Shown here: positions 1 to 12,057 of the stretch, piece after piece
Layout of the letters: the number at the start of each line of letters is the position of its first letter
Position numbering within the stretch: position 1 is the first letter of the stretch
Origin: Leucoraja erinacea
Lineage: Eukaryota
NCBI RefSeq assembly: GCF_028641065.1
Contig: NC_073390.1
Coordinates: forward strand, 37,200,001-37,264,000
DNA length: 64,000 nucleotides
Direction: 5' to 3'
Position numbers and translations under genes: made by a program
Notes under the pieces: model-generated
The model's database searches: none
What the model was told of the DNA's origin: nothing
Seen by the model: the letters and a program-made list of their open reading frames with translations, nothing else

Positions 1-121
1 GTCAATCTATGTTTAATTTATTGGAAAGTGAAAGATGCCAAGGAATATCTCAGAGTTCAAGTAGCACCGTGTTAATTGCCACCTCTGTGTATTTCAAAAA
101 TGGGAGCGAATGAAAAATAAA
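1..121 (+). other. Distal 3' UTR and poly(A) signal of an upstream CCL20-like paralog (coding exons outside window)
   Basis: Position 1 onward is nearly identical to 9562 onward and 16584 onward, the 3' UTR ends of copies A and B. AATAAA at 116-121 matches 9677-9682. Confidence 0.85.
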
Positions 122-529
122 GATATTTATTTCAGATTGCTTCTTCGGTAATTTATTTTGCCTCACTAACGGAAAGCTAGCCAATGGTAAACCACTTACA
201 GCATTGTCAGCAGAAGGGTAAACTAAAGCTCATCAAAAACATCTTTCCAACTTCATCAGACACGAGATGGAATAAAATAAAGAGCAGGGGGATTGTTCCT
301 ATTGTTCGGAATCCCAGGAAAACCAACTTGAGGGATTCCAAAAATTCAATGTGAGGCTTCTAGTATTGAATGCCTAACTGAATTATGACTTTTGAAATCC
401 AGAATGGAACTTTAATAAACTTTGTAAAATTCCTGCGTCAGCTTCTTCAGGTGTCTACATTTAAACTGGTTTCTTGTTTTACCCTGGCACCTGGTCTTTA
501 TTAAAGCAAATGTTTTGACCAAAAGTAAC

Positions 530-1313
530 AGATTATTATCTAAATGATCAGATTATTATCTAAATGGTGTCAAGTTGGGAAAAGGGGAAGTACAACGGGA
601 TCTGGGGGTCCTTGTTCATCAGTCACTGAAAGTAAGCATGCAGGTACGGAAGGCAGTGAAGAAAGCGAATGGCATGTTGGCCTTCATAACAAGAGGCGTT
701 GAGTATAGGAACAAAGAGGTCCTCCTGCAGTTGTACAGGGCCCTAGTGAGACCACACCTGGAGTATTGTGTGTAGTTTTGGTCACCAAACTTGAGGAAGA
801 TCATTCTTGCTATTGAGGGAGTGCACATAGGTTCACAAGGTTAAATCCCGGGATGTCGGGCCTGTCATTAGATTGGAAAGGCCGGGCTTGTATACTCTGG
901 AATTTAGAAGAATGAGAGCGGATCTTATTGAAATATATAAAACTATTAAAGGTTTGGACATGCTAGAGGCAGGAAACATGGTACCGATGTTGGGGCAGTC
1001 CAGAACCAGGGGCTATAGTTTAAGAATAAGTGGTAAGCCATTTAGAACGTAGATGAGAAAAAACATTCACACAGAATGTTGCGAGTGTGTGGAATTCTCT
1101 GCCTCAGAGGGCGGTGGAGGCTGGTTCTCTGGATGCTTTCAAGAGAGAGTTACATAGAGCTCTTAGGGATAGCGGAGTTAAGGGATATTGAGAGAGGGCA
1201 GGAACGGGGTACTGATCGTGGATGATCAGCCATGATCACATTGAATGGTGGTGCTGGCTCGAAGGGTCGAATGGCCTACTATTGCTCCTATTGTCTATGT
1301 CTATTGTCTATTG
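530..1313 (+). mobile_element. CR1-type LINE, 5'-truncated 3' fragment (decayed)
   Basis: ORF 575-775 (QRDLGVLVHQSLK...[14 protein letters not shown]) is the CR1 ORF2 C-terminus, followed by a (TTGTCTA)n tail. The empty site is visible in the paralogous unit near 17108. Confidence 0.9.
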
Positions 1314-1829
1314 AACAATGAAACTAAGTAATTAAATTGCCTCTGACATTTGCTGAAGTTAGCTTCAGTTTTCTAACTAATCTCAGAAATAGGCATATCA
1401 TTATTCTCAATGCAGTAAATATTGAAATATCGTATGTTCTGCTAATTTCTGCTTGGATTGAGGTGCCTGAAAGTTCAGAGTCTTAGAGTCATTGAGCACA
1501 GAAACCTGCCTTTGGACCTATCCTGGTCATCAAGTACCAATCTATCCTAATCCAGTTTCCCACCATTTTGACCATAACCTTCTACGCCATGGCATTTAAA
1601 GGATTCATTCAGATACATATTTAATATTGTGAGAGCACCTGTCTCTACTACCCCACAGGCAGTGTAGTCCAGATTTCACCCACTCTCTCAGCAATAAATA
1701 AAAATCCACAAATACTCACTAAATCACTTACCCTTAACCTCTGCTCTGGTTAAGGACACTTCTGCTGAAGAGAAATGTTATCACCATCTTCCCAATCTAG
1801 TCTTCTCTTTCAACAGAGTGCACTCCCAT

Positions 1830-2150
1830 TTCCCCCACTAGCCCACCCCCATTTCTAGTCTAACCCACCATCCCCTTCTACTCATATCCCTCCCTCTGGC
1901 CTCATATTTCTCCCATGTTCTCTCCTTATCCTACACCTTTTGGCCTTTGCATCTCCAGCCTTTGTCAAATCATCCGCCCCCTTGCCTGTATCCACCTATT
2001 ACTTGCCAGACTTTGTCCTGCCCCACTTCTGTTCTACCTTTCCCTCCACCTCAACAGAAGAGATCCGACCTGAAATGTTGCCTATCCATGTCTTGCAGAA
2101 ATATTGGCAAAGATCCTGCTGAGTTTCTTCAGCACTTTGTGTTTTTATTC
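1830..2150 (+). mobile_element. Penelope-like element terminal-repeat remnant (degenerate hammerhead region near 2055-2080)
   Basis: A pyrimidine-rich tract is followed by ...GACCTGAAATGTTGCCTATCC...CTGCTGAGTTTCTTCAGCACTTTGTGT, the same repeat family seen at 44296-44385. Confidence 0.55.
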
Positions 2151-3285
2151 TCCTCTTTTTTTTCGTAAACTTCACTTGGGTAATCCCCTTCGCCCTTTCC
2201 ACTCTATTGAAAACAAACCCGATCTATTCAACCACCTGCCCTGTTCCATTGCCTGAAATGGAAAATGACCAAATTGGGAACAACTCATATCGACCTGCAT
2301 TCTATATTAGAACAGCATGTTTCTCAACAACTTAATTGAATTATTTTTTTATATACATGGACTGCATTCATTTTTCATGCCGTTTTCATCTCCTGCACAC
2401 TTTTAATCCATTCAAAATCTAGATTTGCATCAAATTTCATTGATGAGTTGAGGAGCTTAAATGTGCACGCAGTGTTTGATTTGACCCGACAACATAAATG
2501 GCAAGGTAGAGATATTGTTTGAGCTGAAAGGTGCGACAAGTTGCTGGATGATTCAAGTTGCTCTGCTGTTATGCTCCATGAACGTAACAGCCTCCCTACA
2601 GCCTCTCTAATTTCCAACAGATTTCTGGTGACAAAGGAGGCCTTTGGGCCTTGCAGGTCAATGCCAGCTCTCGGTGCAATCCCAGCAGTTCAACAATCTT
2701 TAATTGCTCGTGTAACGCATTGTCTCTTACATGCCCATCAGCTCCACCTTGATTCTCATGCCACACACGTACACCAGAAGCTATCTGTAGTCAGCAATTA
2801 ACCCTAGCAGCATGTCATCAACATGTGGAATGAATCCACAGCAACCAGGAAAAATCCATATGGGTGCAAGCAGAATGTTTGCTCTGCACAACAACAGCCC
2901 TCAAGTCCACCTCCAGTCAAAGAAGAATAGCATCAGCTTCCCCACTGTTTTAACATCACTGCAACATTTCAGTCCTGCAATTGTTCCAGCTCAATCCATC
3001 CAACACTCTTTTTCAGGCCTTCGCATCCTTCCAACGGTCTGGTAGTTAGAATTTGCAATTACCCTCGTGAGCTCAAATCATGATTTGGAAGTTGGGTTAA
3101 ATAGAGCAATATTTTTATGCATCTTGCTATTTGTTTTTGATTGTCATATATATTGTAAAGGGAAGATGTTCTGTGACGTTCACCGAGGCAGTGATTAGCC
3201 TTCCCTGTCATCCCAACATCCAACATGCTATTGTGCAGTGGAACTTGTGCAGTGGAACTCGGCTTGTGCAGTGACACTTAAAGGC

Positions 3286-4800
3286 CTTCTCTCTGATAGG
3301 CTCCAGTACAAACTGCTCTAAGAATCCATCACGGAGGCACTCCACAAACTTCCTTTCTTGGGCTCCAGTACCAACCTGATTTTCCCAGTGTCCCTGCATG
3401 TTCAAATCTCCTATAACAACCGTGGCATTACCTTTACTAAATGTCAATTTTAACTCTTGATTCAACTTGCACCCTATATCCAGGCTACTGTTTGGGGGCC
3501 TGTAGATAATTCCCATTAGGGTCTTTTTACCCTTACAATTCCTTAGTTCAATCCATACTGACTCCACATCTCCTATTTCAATGTCACCCCTTGCAAGGGA
3601 CTGAATTTCATTCCTCATCAACAGAGTTTCCCCACCCCCTCTGCCCACCTGTCTGTCTTTTCGATAGGAGGTATACCCTTGAATATTCAGTTCCCAGCCC
3701 TGGCCCTCTTGCAGCCATGTCTCTGTAATTCCAACAACATTATACTTGCCAATTTCTAACTGAGCCTCAAGCTCGTCCAATTTATTTCTTATACTTCGCG
3801 CATTCATATACAACACTTTGACTTCAGAATTCACCTCCCATCTCACACCGCTCACAATTGGCTCTGATTGTACTCTCTTATCCCTTCTCGAACTTTCATT
3901 CCCATTAATTTGGGAGTCTTGTGTAACTTTTCTTATACTCACTTCCCCTTTAACTCCATCTTTATACTCCCAATTTGTCAATCCCTCCCCTAGCAAACCT
4001 GCCTGCCAGAAAGTCGCCCCCCCTCCAGTTAAGGTGTAACCCATCCCTTTTGTACAGGTCACCCCTACCCCAGAAGAGATCCCAGTGTCGATAAAACTAA
4101 ATCCTTGCATCCTGCACCAGACCCTCAGCCACACATTAAGACCTCCTATCTCCCTGTTCCTGTTGTCACTAGCACGAGGTACTGGAAGCAATCCAGAAAT
4201 AACCACCCTAGAAGTCCTGTTTTTCAGTCTTCTTCCTAACTCTGTAAACTCTCGTTGCAGAATTGCTTTCTCTTCGTCCCGATGTCGTTTGTGCCGACGT
4301 GCACAACTACTGCCGACTGTTCACCTTCCCTCGCGAGGATGTTCTGAATTTGGTTTGTGATATCTTGAACCCTGGCACCAAAGATGCAACAGACCATTCT
4401 CAAGTCTCGCCTGCCTCCACAGAATCTCCAGTCCGCACCTCGGACAATGGTGTCACCCACCACTATGGCTCTGCCCGACGTCGATCTCGCCGGGCGAGTC
4501 TCATCTCTAGGATTGGAGCCGCTGACCTGTCCACTGCTCGGACGGGAAGCGCCATCTGCCTGGACAGCTCCCACGAGGGTGTAACTGCTTTCATTTGGCA
4601 CAGCAGCCTGGGTCTCCTACACTCCACGGTTACTCCCCTTTCTCTCAGTCATTCACCTTTGTTCTTCCTGTATCCTTTGCAAGACAACCTCCTGCAGGTC
4701 CTGTCCAGGTAACTTTCGTTATCTCGGATGGCCCTGAGGTCATCCAGCTGCTTCTCCAGTGCCCGAACACGGTCCTTCAGGAGCAGGACCAGCAGCCAGT
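3286..4800 (-). mobile_element. CR1-type LINE 5' portion: ORF1 SGNH/GDSL-esterase region and start of ORF2 APE endonuclease (frameshifted)
   Basis: ORF1 motifs RAIVVGDTIVRG...VVVHVGTNDIG and VISGLLPVPRA. Endonuclease motifs VLYMNARSIRNK...GITETWL...YRKDR...IYRPPN...VIGDLN. Confidence 0.9.
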
Positions 4801-5573
4801 AGCTCCATCTGTGTCCCTGGCCACCCACTTAACATCTTTTCACCTATTTATCAATGTTTCGGCTATTGGAACAACTTTCACTTCATAGCAACATGATATA
4901 TTTATTCCTTTATGTTTATGAAAATCCTCTCCATATTTTCATAATATATTTCATATTTTCATATGAGGGAGGAGGCCATTGAGCCTTTGAAGCCTACGTC
5001 AGCTTTCAGTGCAATCCCATCAGTAAACCTTTAATTTTCTTGTGCAACGTATTCTCTCTGAGCTGCCCATTGACTCCACCCCGATTTGCATGCCACACAC
5101 CTACTCCGGAAGCTACAGTATCTGCAGTCATTAATTAAACCGAGCAGCATGTCATCAGGATGTGGGTGGAATCTGGAGCTACCAGGAAAAATCCATATGG
5201 GTGCAAGCAGAATGTTCGCACTGCACAAAGACAGCACTCAAGGCCATTTCCAGTCAAAGAAGACCAATATCATGAACTAAGTGTACACAAATTAAAATCA
5301 CATAATGCCATTTAGGTTGACGTAACTTGCCTTTGGAAGCACATCATGACTGCGACCTTTCATTCCTGGAATAGTGTCAGCTGAACCCTTCAGCACTCTT
5401 ATTCAGATTTTAGCATTCTTTCAAAAGTCTGGTACTTAGAATTTGTTGCTTCACCCCTGGGCAGATCCTGTGCTTTGTATAAGGTCTCGACGACTTTAAC
5501 TTTAGTGTGTCAAAGTTGGATTAAATAGACCAATATTTTTTGCACTGTACTGTTTGATTTGTGTGTGATATCT

Positions 5574-6953
5574 CATAATCACAATCAATCACAATAATAC
5601 TTTATTAGCCGAGTAAGTTTTGCAACATATGAGGAATTTCATTTGCCAAGTCAGTGATACAAATAAAAAGCAACGGAACACACAAAATACATGTTAAAAT
5701 AAGCATCCACCACAGTGACTCCTCCACATTCCTCACTGTAATAAATATAGATATAGATATGCCATTTATTGTCACTATACATGTACAATGAGATTAAAAG
5801 CAGCTCGTACTCAGTGCATACATATAATTTAGGACAAAAAACAAGAAACTGAAAACAAAAACAAAAGGTAGAGGGGGGGGATAGGTGCACAATTCTGCGG
5901 CGCTATATACATATCTATAAAGGCAAAATGGTGAAGGATGAATAGGTAGTATTCTTAGGCAGATGTTTAAAGATTATATTAAATATTAAAAATGTTTTTA
6001 AAAAATATGAAAATTACAGTTACAATACACATTACAGTTCCAAATTTCAATACTTTGAATGGATGGAAGTCCGGGTGTTGGGCTGTGAAGTCAGTGCATG
6101 TGTGAATTAAGAGTAGTTATGACTTTCGGAAAACAACTATTCCTGAGTCTGTTTGTCCTAGATTTGATGCACCTATAGCGCCTTCCAGAGGGCAGCAGGT
6201 CGAACAGTCCAAACGCAGGATGGGAGCTGTCCTTGATGATATTCTTTACCCTGCTAAGGCAGCGGGAGGTGTAAATATCCATCAGGGAGGGGAGAGGGCA
6301 ACCAATGATCTTCTGTGCTGTCCTAGTTACCCTCTGAAGCCTCTCCCTGTCATAATAGAAGGCGAAAGAAAAATTCAAATCTCTTCCCTTCTTTGTTCTC
6401 CAGCAGTCGGGGACGTCGAGCCCTCCGTTGACGGGATGATCTTGACTCCCGTAGCTGAAAATGTTTTGGGCCACTGTATCGGGGTGATCAGCTCCTGCAT
6501 CGGGGGGATGTCAGCTCCCCCGCGCCAGGCGATCGAATCCCGCGTCGGGGCTGGTCGAGCCTCTGCGTCGTTGGAGCTCCCAACTAGCCTCTCCCGAGAC
6601 TGCGAGATCTCGATGTAAAGTCTGCAGGCTGTGGTTGGAGTGATCCGAGGCAAGGGATCGGCTTTAATGGTAAGTCCACGCCCCGCGGTGGGGCTCAAAG
6701 TCAGTCCGAGGAGGCCTCCAGCTCCATAGATTGTAGGCCGCAGAGCAACCGGAGAAGCAACCTGGAAAACAATCGCATCTCCAGCAAGGTAAGAAACTAA
6801 AAAAAAGTTTCCCCCGACCTCATCCCCATCCCCCCACATAAAACAAACCAGAGAACATTTACACAGACTTTTAAAACACACTAAAAATGCAAAAATAGAC
6901 AAAAAAACATTGAGACTGTTGGCGGGGCTGCAATCGTGCGGCACCCCTGGTGG
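5574..6953 (-). mobile_element. Non-coding GC-rich interspersed retroposon with simple-repeat tail, split by a nested Rex1/Babar insertion
   Basis: An uninterrupted paralog lies at 13194-13965 and related family members at 25062-25470 and 50783-51525. The - strand ends in AATAAA plus a (GATTGT)n tail. Confidence 0.7.
5744..6352 (-). mobile_element. Rex1/Babar-type LINE 3' fragment nested in the previous repeat
   Basis: Encodes RERLQRVTRTAQKIIGCPLPSL...DSSHP...LLPSGRRYR. Flanked by a TAATA duplication (5739-5743 and 6353-6357). Absent at the paralogous site near 13365. Confidence 0.85.
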
Positions 6954-7534
6954 TACAAAGCAAAGGTGTATGATATCTTCCACCAAGTCTGTGATTTGCC
7001 TCTAGGGTTTTCCCAGCATCTGGTCTGGTATCGTGCAGGGGAACCTTGGCTTGTGGCACCCAAACGTAGGTTATGCCAATCTAAATGGCTGATGTATGAT
7101 TTTCATTGATGTGCTTAGTTCATGGATAGCACCAGCCAGAAATATGAATGCACAGCCATTGTGAAGTCTGCTTATGTTTTAACTAAAATAGTACAGCTTG
7201 GAAGATTCCAGCCCATGGTCCCGTGAGTGACTTTCCTGACTTTAGTCCTGAGTTGCACATGGAGGATTAGTTGAAGTAATGTACGAAGATGTGGGAGGGA
7301 GGGATAAGATAAGGGGCTTTAGGAAGATTCACTGTCAGGAAATATTTTAATATAACTATATATGAGACAGGTTCCAAATGTAGTATTACTTCACAGGCGC
7401 GGACCTGGACATGATTTTGCTTTTAAAGGAGGGTGGGTCACTGTGGACCTTAGAGGTCCTGCAGAGGCCTATTCCTTCATGAGTGACCCATGAATCCACA
7501 GACCAAGATGCAAGGACCAAGATCATGACATTGA

Positions 7535-7665
7535 AACAACAAACTGCAGAAAGTGATTTACACAAAACGACACAAAGTGCTGGAGTAACACATCGGGTCA
7601 GGCAGCATCCCTGGCAAACATGGATAGGTGAAGTTTCAGGTCGGGACCCTTCTTCAGACTGATTG
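7535..7665 (-). mobile_element. Penelope-like terminal repeat with minimal hammerhead ribozyme motif
   Basis: The - strand of 7626-7660 reads AGT-CTGAAGA-A-GGGTC-CC-GACCT-GAAA-CTTC-ACCT. Paralog at 14640-14674. Confidence 0.7.
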
Positions 7666-8359
7666 TAGAGGAGGAGGTGGGTGTAGGGAGTAGGGAGGCA
7701 AGACAAAATGTTACAAGGAATAGGAGCACCAGACGAGGGAAGTATTTGATAGACAGATACATGGAAGACAGGACAGACGGGACACTACAGACTCCAGAAG
7801 TACTGCAGAGGTCTGTTACTTCATGAGACATCATTGAATCCACAGACCAAGCTGCAAGGACCAAGATCATGAAATTCCACTCAAGCACGTGGGAAAGAAA
7901 AATCTGTCACTCACTTTGCGGGATTTGAACCATTTTACTATTCCCCTTTTTTAAACATGAAATGAATTACACATTGCACACAATATGCTTTATGATTTAA
8001 TTTCTAAGCTGATTTCTCTGAATTCAAATTATTGTTTCATTGTGCTTAAAAACTGACTGCAGATATATATTTTTCTAATTCTCTTTTTGATTGATCCATT
8101 TTGTGCAGTAATTTTGCTTTTAATACCCAATTTGAACTACAGAGCTGGTCAACTTCGAAAGGCTGTTCTCTTTAGATTTATACTGTGCTGTGTTACATTT
8201 TGAATCTAAATGGAAATAACATAAGAAATAAATACTACCTGCTTCAATTGATCGTGGATAGTGAAACAAAGGTATTGGGAAGTACGTAGATGACGATATT
8301 ATCAGGCTGCCAAGATATATTTACAAACAGTGTGGTGTAATCAGGTGAGGTAATATCGT

Positions 8360-8426
8360 GGAAAATCCAGAGGTCATGTGTTGCATTTCCTTGTTTCAAA
8401 ATATTTCCCAATCAAAGTGTATATAA
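8360..8426 (+). promoter_or_regulatory. Proximal promoter of CCL20-like copy A: NF-kB-like, ETS-like, TATA
   Basis: GGAAAATCC at 8360-8368, CATTTCCTTG at 8384-8393 (AGGAA on - strand), TATATAA at 8420-8426. The same order is kept in all four copies. Confidence 0.75.
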
Positions 8427-8517
8427 GCAGTTGACAGAATCAAAAAAGCACATCAGATCACCGTTACCAACTCAACGTACTCCACAGCAAAATTATCTTA
8501 TAAACCAGTGATCAACA

Positions 8518-9288
8518 ATGAACACTCTCAAGAGACTTCTCCCAGCAGCTATGCTCTCATTGATTGTACTGAACATGTTTGGCAATACACTATCAGGTAA
8601 GCCTTAGTGATGCCTTTTAACACATTCCCACAAATTAGATTTTAAAGAAAGTTATTTACTTGTGCTACATGCATGACTATATTTTTCATTCTTTCAGCTG
8701 CAGCATACAGAGACTGCTGTCTCGCATATTCGAGGAAGAGACTGCCACAAAAATTGATCTCTGGTTACATGGAGCAAAAATCCAATGAAATATGTGAGAT
8801 AGATGCAATTATGTAAGTACAATTCAATAATATATTCCTTATGATTGTAGAATAATATTTATTAGAATTTTAAATTAATAGAACCACCAATTTAAATATT
8901 TTATAGATTCTACACCGTCAGAGGAAGAGCAGTGTGTGCAGATCCTGAACACCATTGGGTGAAGAAAACACTGAATTTTTTGAGGTAAGCAACATAATAA
9001 ATGACTGATAACATTGAGAAAGCTACAGCAGTGATCTGAAATGTATAAAGTGTTGCCAATCAAGAGTAGATGAGGGTTGCATCCACAATCAAACTTCTGA
9101 ATATAAATCTGAAAATTTTCATTTTCTTTGCAAAGCTGCTGTAAAATGTAAACTACTTAGCAATATTTGATATTTAGATATTATTGACAGCATTTTTATT
9201 GATTTCTTTCATTATAATATTTGATTATTTGAAACATTGATCTCTTTGTCTTCACAGCAAAAAGCTGAGAAAAATGTCACAAGATTGA
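8518..9288 (+). CDS. CCL20: C-C motif chemokine 20-like, copy A (4 exons, 100 aa)
   Basis: Exons 8518-8596, 8698-8812, 8907-8984 and 9258-9288, all GT-AG with phases 1, 2, 2. Protein MNTLKRLLPAAMLSLIVLNMFGNTLSAAAYRDCCLAYSRKRLPQKLISGYMEQKSNEICEIDAIIFYTVRGRAVCADPEHHWVKKTLNFLSKKLRKMSQD. It has a signal peptide, four Cys, the DCCL motif and the 4-exon layout of vertebrate CCL20. Confidence 0.93.
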
Positions 9289-9682
9289 GCCATGTCTCGA
9301 GGAAAGAAGTTGGCTGCATTTAGCTGGATTTATTTCAAGAATCCATCCTGCATAGTATCTATGCCCAGACAATGAAAGTTTATTAAAACTTATGTAATTT
9401 GTATCAATCACAATTGATGTGTAAGCCCCTTTATTTATAGTATGTTCTACTGAACTTAATGAAGTAACTTAACTGTATATTCTTATTTAATTTTTTGCTA
9501 CATCATTTTGGTTGTGAATTAAATGACGATGAATGTAATATTATCACCTGGATATGTGTCAGTCAATCTATATTTAATTTATTGGAAAGTGAAAGATGCC
9601 AAGGAATATCTCAGAGTTCAAGTAGCACCGTATTAATTGCCACCTCTGTGTATTTCAAAAATGGGAGCGATTGAAAAATAAA
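9289..9682 (+). promoter_or_regulatory. AU-rich 3' UTR and poly(A) signal of copy A
   Basis: Several ATTTA/TTATTTAT motifs. AATAAA at 9677-9682 is followed by a U-rich tract. Equivalent signals at 16699-16704, 24066-24071 and 31453-31458. Confidence 0.75.
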
Positions 9683-10089
9683 GATATTTATTTCAGATTT
9701 CTTCTTCGGTAATTTATTTTGCCTCACTAACGGAAACCTAGCCAATGGTAAACCACTTACAGCATTGTCAGCAGAAGGGTAAACTAAAGCTCATCACAAA
9801 CATCTTTCCAACTTCATCAGACACGAGATGGAATAAAATAAAGAGCAGGGGGATTGATCCTATTGTTCGGAATCCCAGGAAAACCAACTTGAGGGATTCC
9901 AAACATTCAATGTGAGGCTTCTAGTATTGAATTCCTAACTGAATTATGACTTTTGAAATCCAGAATGGAACTTTAATAAACTTTGTAAAATTCCTGCGTC
10001 AGCTGCTTCAGGTGTCAACATTTAAACTGGTTTGTTGTTTTACCCTGGCACCTGGTCTTTATTAAAGCAAATGTTTTGACCAAAAGTAA

Positions 10090-10877
10090 CAGATTATTAT
10101 CTAAATGGTCAGATTATTATCTAAATGGTGTCAAGTTGGGAAAAGGGGAAGTACAACGGGATCTGGGGGTCCTTGTTCATCAGTCACTGAAAGTAAGCAT
10201 GCAGGTACGGAAGGCAGTGAAGAAAGCGAATGGCATGTTGGCCTTCTAAACAAGAGGAGTTGAGTATAGGAACAAAGAGGTCCTCCTACAGTTGTACAGG
10301 GCCCTAGTGAGACCACACCTGGAGTATTGTGTGCCGTTTTAGTCTCCAAACTTGAGGAAGATCATTCTTGCTATTGAGGGAGTGCACATAGGTTCACAAG
10401 GTTAAATCCCGGGATGTCGGGCCTGTCATTAGATTGGAACGGCCGGGCTTGTATACTCTGGAATTTAGAAGGATGAGAGCGGATCTTATTGAAATAGATA
10501 AGATTATTAAAGGTTTGGACATGCTAGAGGCAGGAAACATGGTCCCGATGTTGGGGGAGTCCAGAACCAGGGGCCATAGTTTAAGAATAAGTGGTAAGCC
10601 ATTTAGAACGGAGATGAGAATAAAAAAATTCACACAGAATGTTGTGAGTGTGTAGAATTCTCTGCCTCAGAGGGCGGTTGAGGGTAGTTCTCTGGATGCT
10701 TTCAAGAGAGAGTTACATAGAGCTCTTAGGGATAGCGGAGTTAAGGTATATGGAGAGAAGGCAGGAATGGGGTACTGATTGTGGATGATCAGCCATGATC
10801 ACATTGAATGGCGGTGCTGGCTCGAAGTGCCGAATGGCCTACAACTGCACCTATTGTCTATTGTCTATTGTCTATTG
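10090..10877 (+). mobile_element. CR1-type LINE 3' fragment, duplicated with the unit (paralog of 530-1313)
   Basis: Same 5' junction including the doubled CAGATTATTATCTAAATG, and the same tail. ORF 10434-10655 reads GLYTLEFRRMRADLIE...RTRGHSLRI. Confidence 0.9.
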
Positions 10878-11301
10878 AACAATGAAACTAAGTAATTAAA
10901 TTGCTTATGACATTTGCTGAAGTTAGCTTCAGTTTTCTAACTAATCTCAGAAATAGGCATATCATTATTCTCAATGCAGTAAATATTGAAATATCGTATG
11001 TTCTGCTAATTTCTGCTTGGATTGAGGTGCCTGAAAGTTCAGAGTCTTAGAGTCATTGAGGACAGAAACCTGCCTTTGGACCTATCCTGGTCATCAAGTA
11101 CCCATCTATCCTAATCCACTTTCCCACCATTTTGACCATAACCTTCTACGCCATGGCATTTAAAGGATTCATTCAGATACATCTTTAATATTGTGAGAGC
11201 ACCTGTCTCTACTACCCCACAGGCAGTTCATTCCAGATTTCACCCACTCTCTCAGCAATAAAAAAATTCCTCCCAACACCAACCTCTCTGTTGCGTTGAA
11301 G

Positions 11302-11975
11302 CAGCCACACATTAAGACCTCCTATCTCCCTGTTCCTGTTGTCACTAGCACGAGGTACTGGAAGCAATCCAGAGATAACCACCCTAGAAGTCCTGCTTTT
11401 CAGTCTCTTCTTCCTAACTCTGTAAACTCTTGTTGCAGAACTGCTTTCTTTTCTTCCCGATGTCGTTTGTGCCGACGTGCGCAACTACTGCCGACTGTTC
11501 ACCTTCCCTCTCGAGGATGTTCTGAATTTGGATTGTGATATCTTGAACCCTGGCACCAAGGATGCAACAGACCATTCTCAAGTCTCGCCTGCCTCCACAG
11601 AATCTCCAGTCCGCACCTCGGACAATGGTGTCACCCACCACTATGGCTCTGCCCGACGTCGATCTCGCCGGTCGAGTCTCATCTCTAGGATTGGAGCCGC
11701 TGACCTGTCCACTGCTCGGACTGGAAGCGCCGTCTGCCCGGACAGCTCCCACGAGGGTGTAACTGTTTTCATTTGGCACGGCCGCCCGGGTCTCCTGCAC
11801 TCCACGGTTACTCCCCTTTCTCTCAATCATGCACCTTTGTTCTTCCTGTATCCTTTGCGAGACAACCTCCTGCAGGTCTTGTCCAGGTAACTTTCGTTAT
11901 CTCGGATGGCCCTGAGGTCATCCAGCTGCTTCTCCAGTGCCCCAACACGGTCCTTCAGGAGCAGGACCAGCAGCC
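11302..11975 (-). mobile_element. CR1 ORF1 esterase fragment (paralog of 4126-4800)
   Basis: RAIVVGDTIVRGADWRFCGG...HVGTNDIG, near-identical to the unit-1 copy but cut by a deletion on the left. Confidence 0.88.
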
Positions 11976-12057
11976 AGAAGCTCCATTGGTGTCACTGGCC
12001 ACCCACTTAACATCTTTTCACCTATTTATCAATATTTCGGCTATTGGAACAACTTTC

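Noticed and set aside
8499-8504. Second TATAAA about 20 bp upstream of the ATG in all copies
   Set aside because: Too close to the start codon to leave a 5' UTR. The upstream TATATAA fits the spacing.
8875-9063. Repeated minus-strand ORFs (8875-9063, 15897-16088, 22751-23110, 30821-31114)
   Set aside because: They are antisense shadows of CCL20 exons 3-4 and introns, repeated only because the gene is duplicated.
9440-9458. Conserved GTTC-T(A/G)CT-GAAC mini-hairpin in the 3' UTRs as a Roquin CDE
   Set aside because: It has a four-nucleotide loop and a short stem, not the canonical pyrimidine-purine-pyrimidine triloop.
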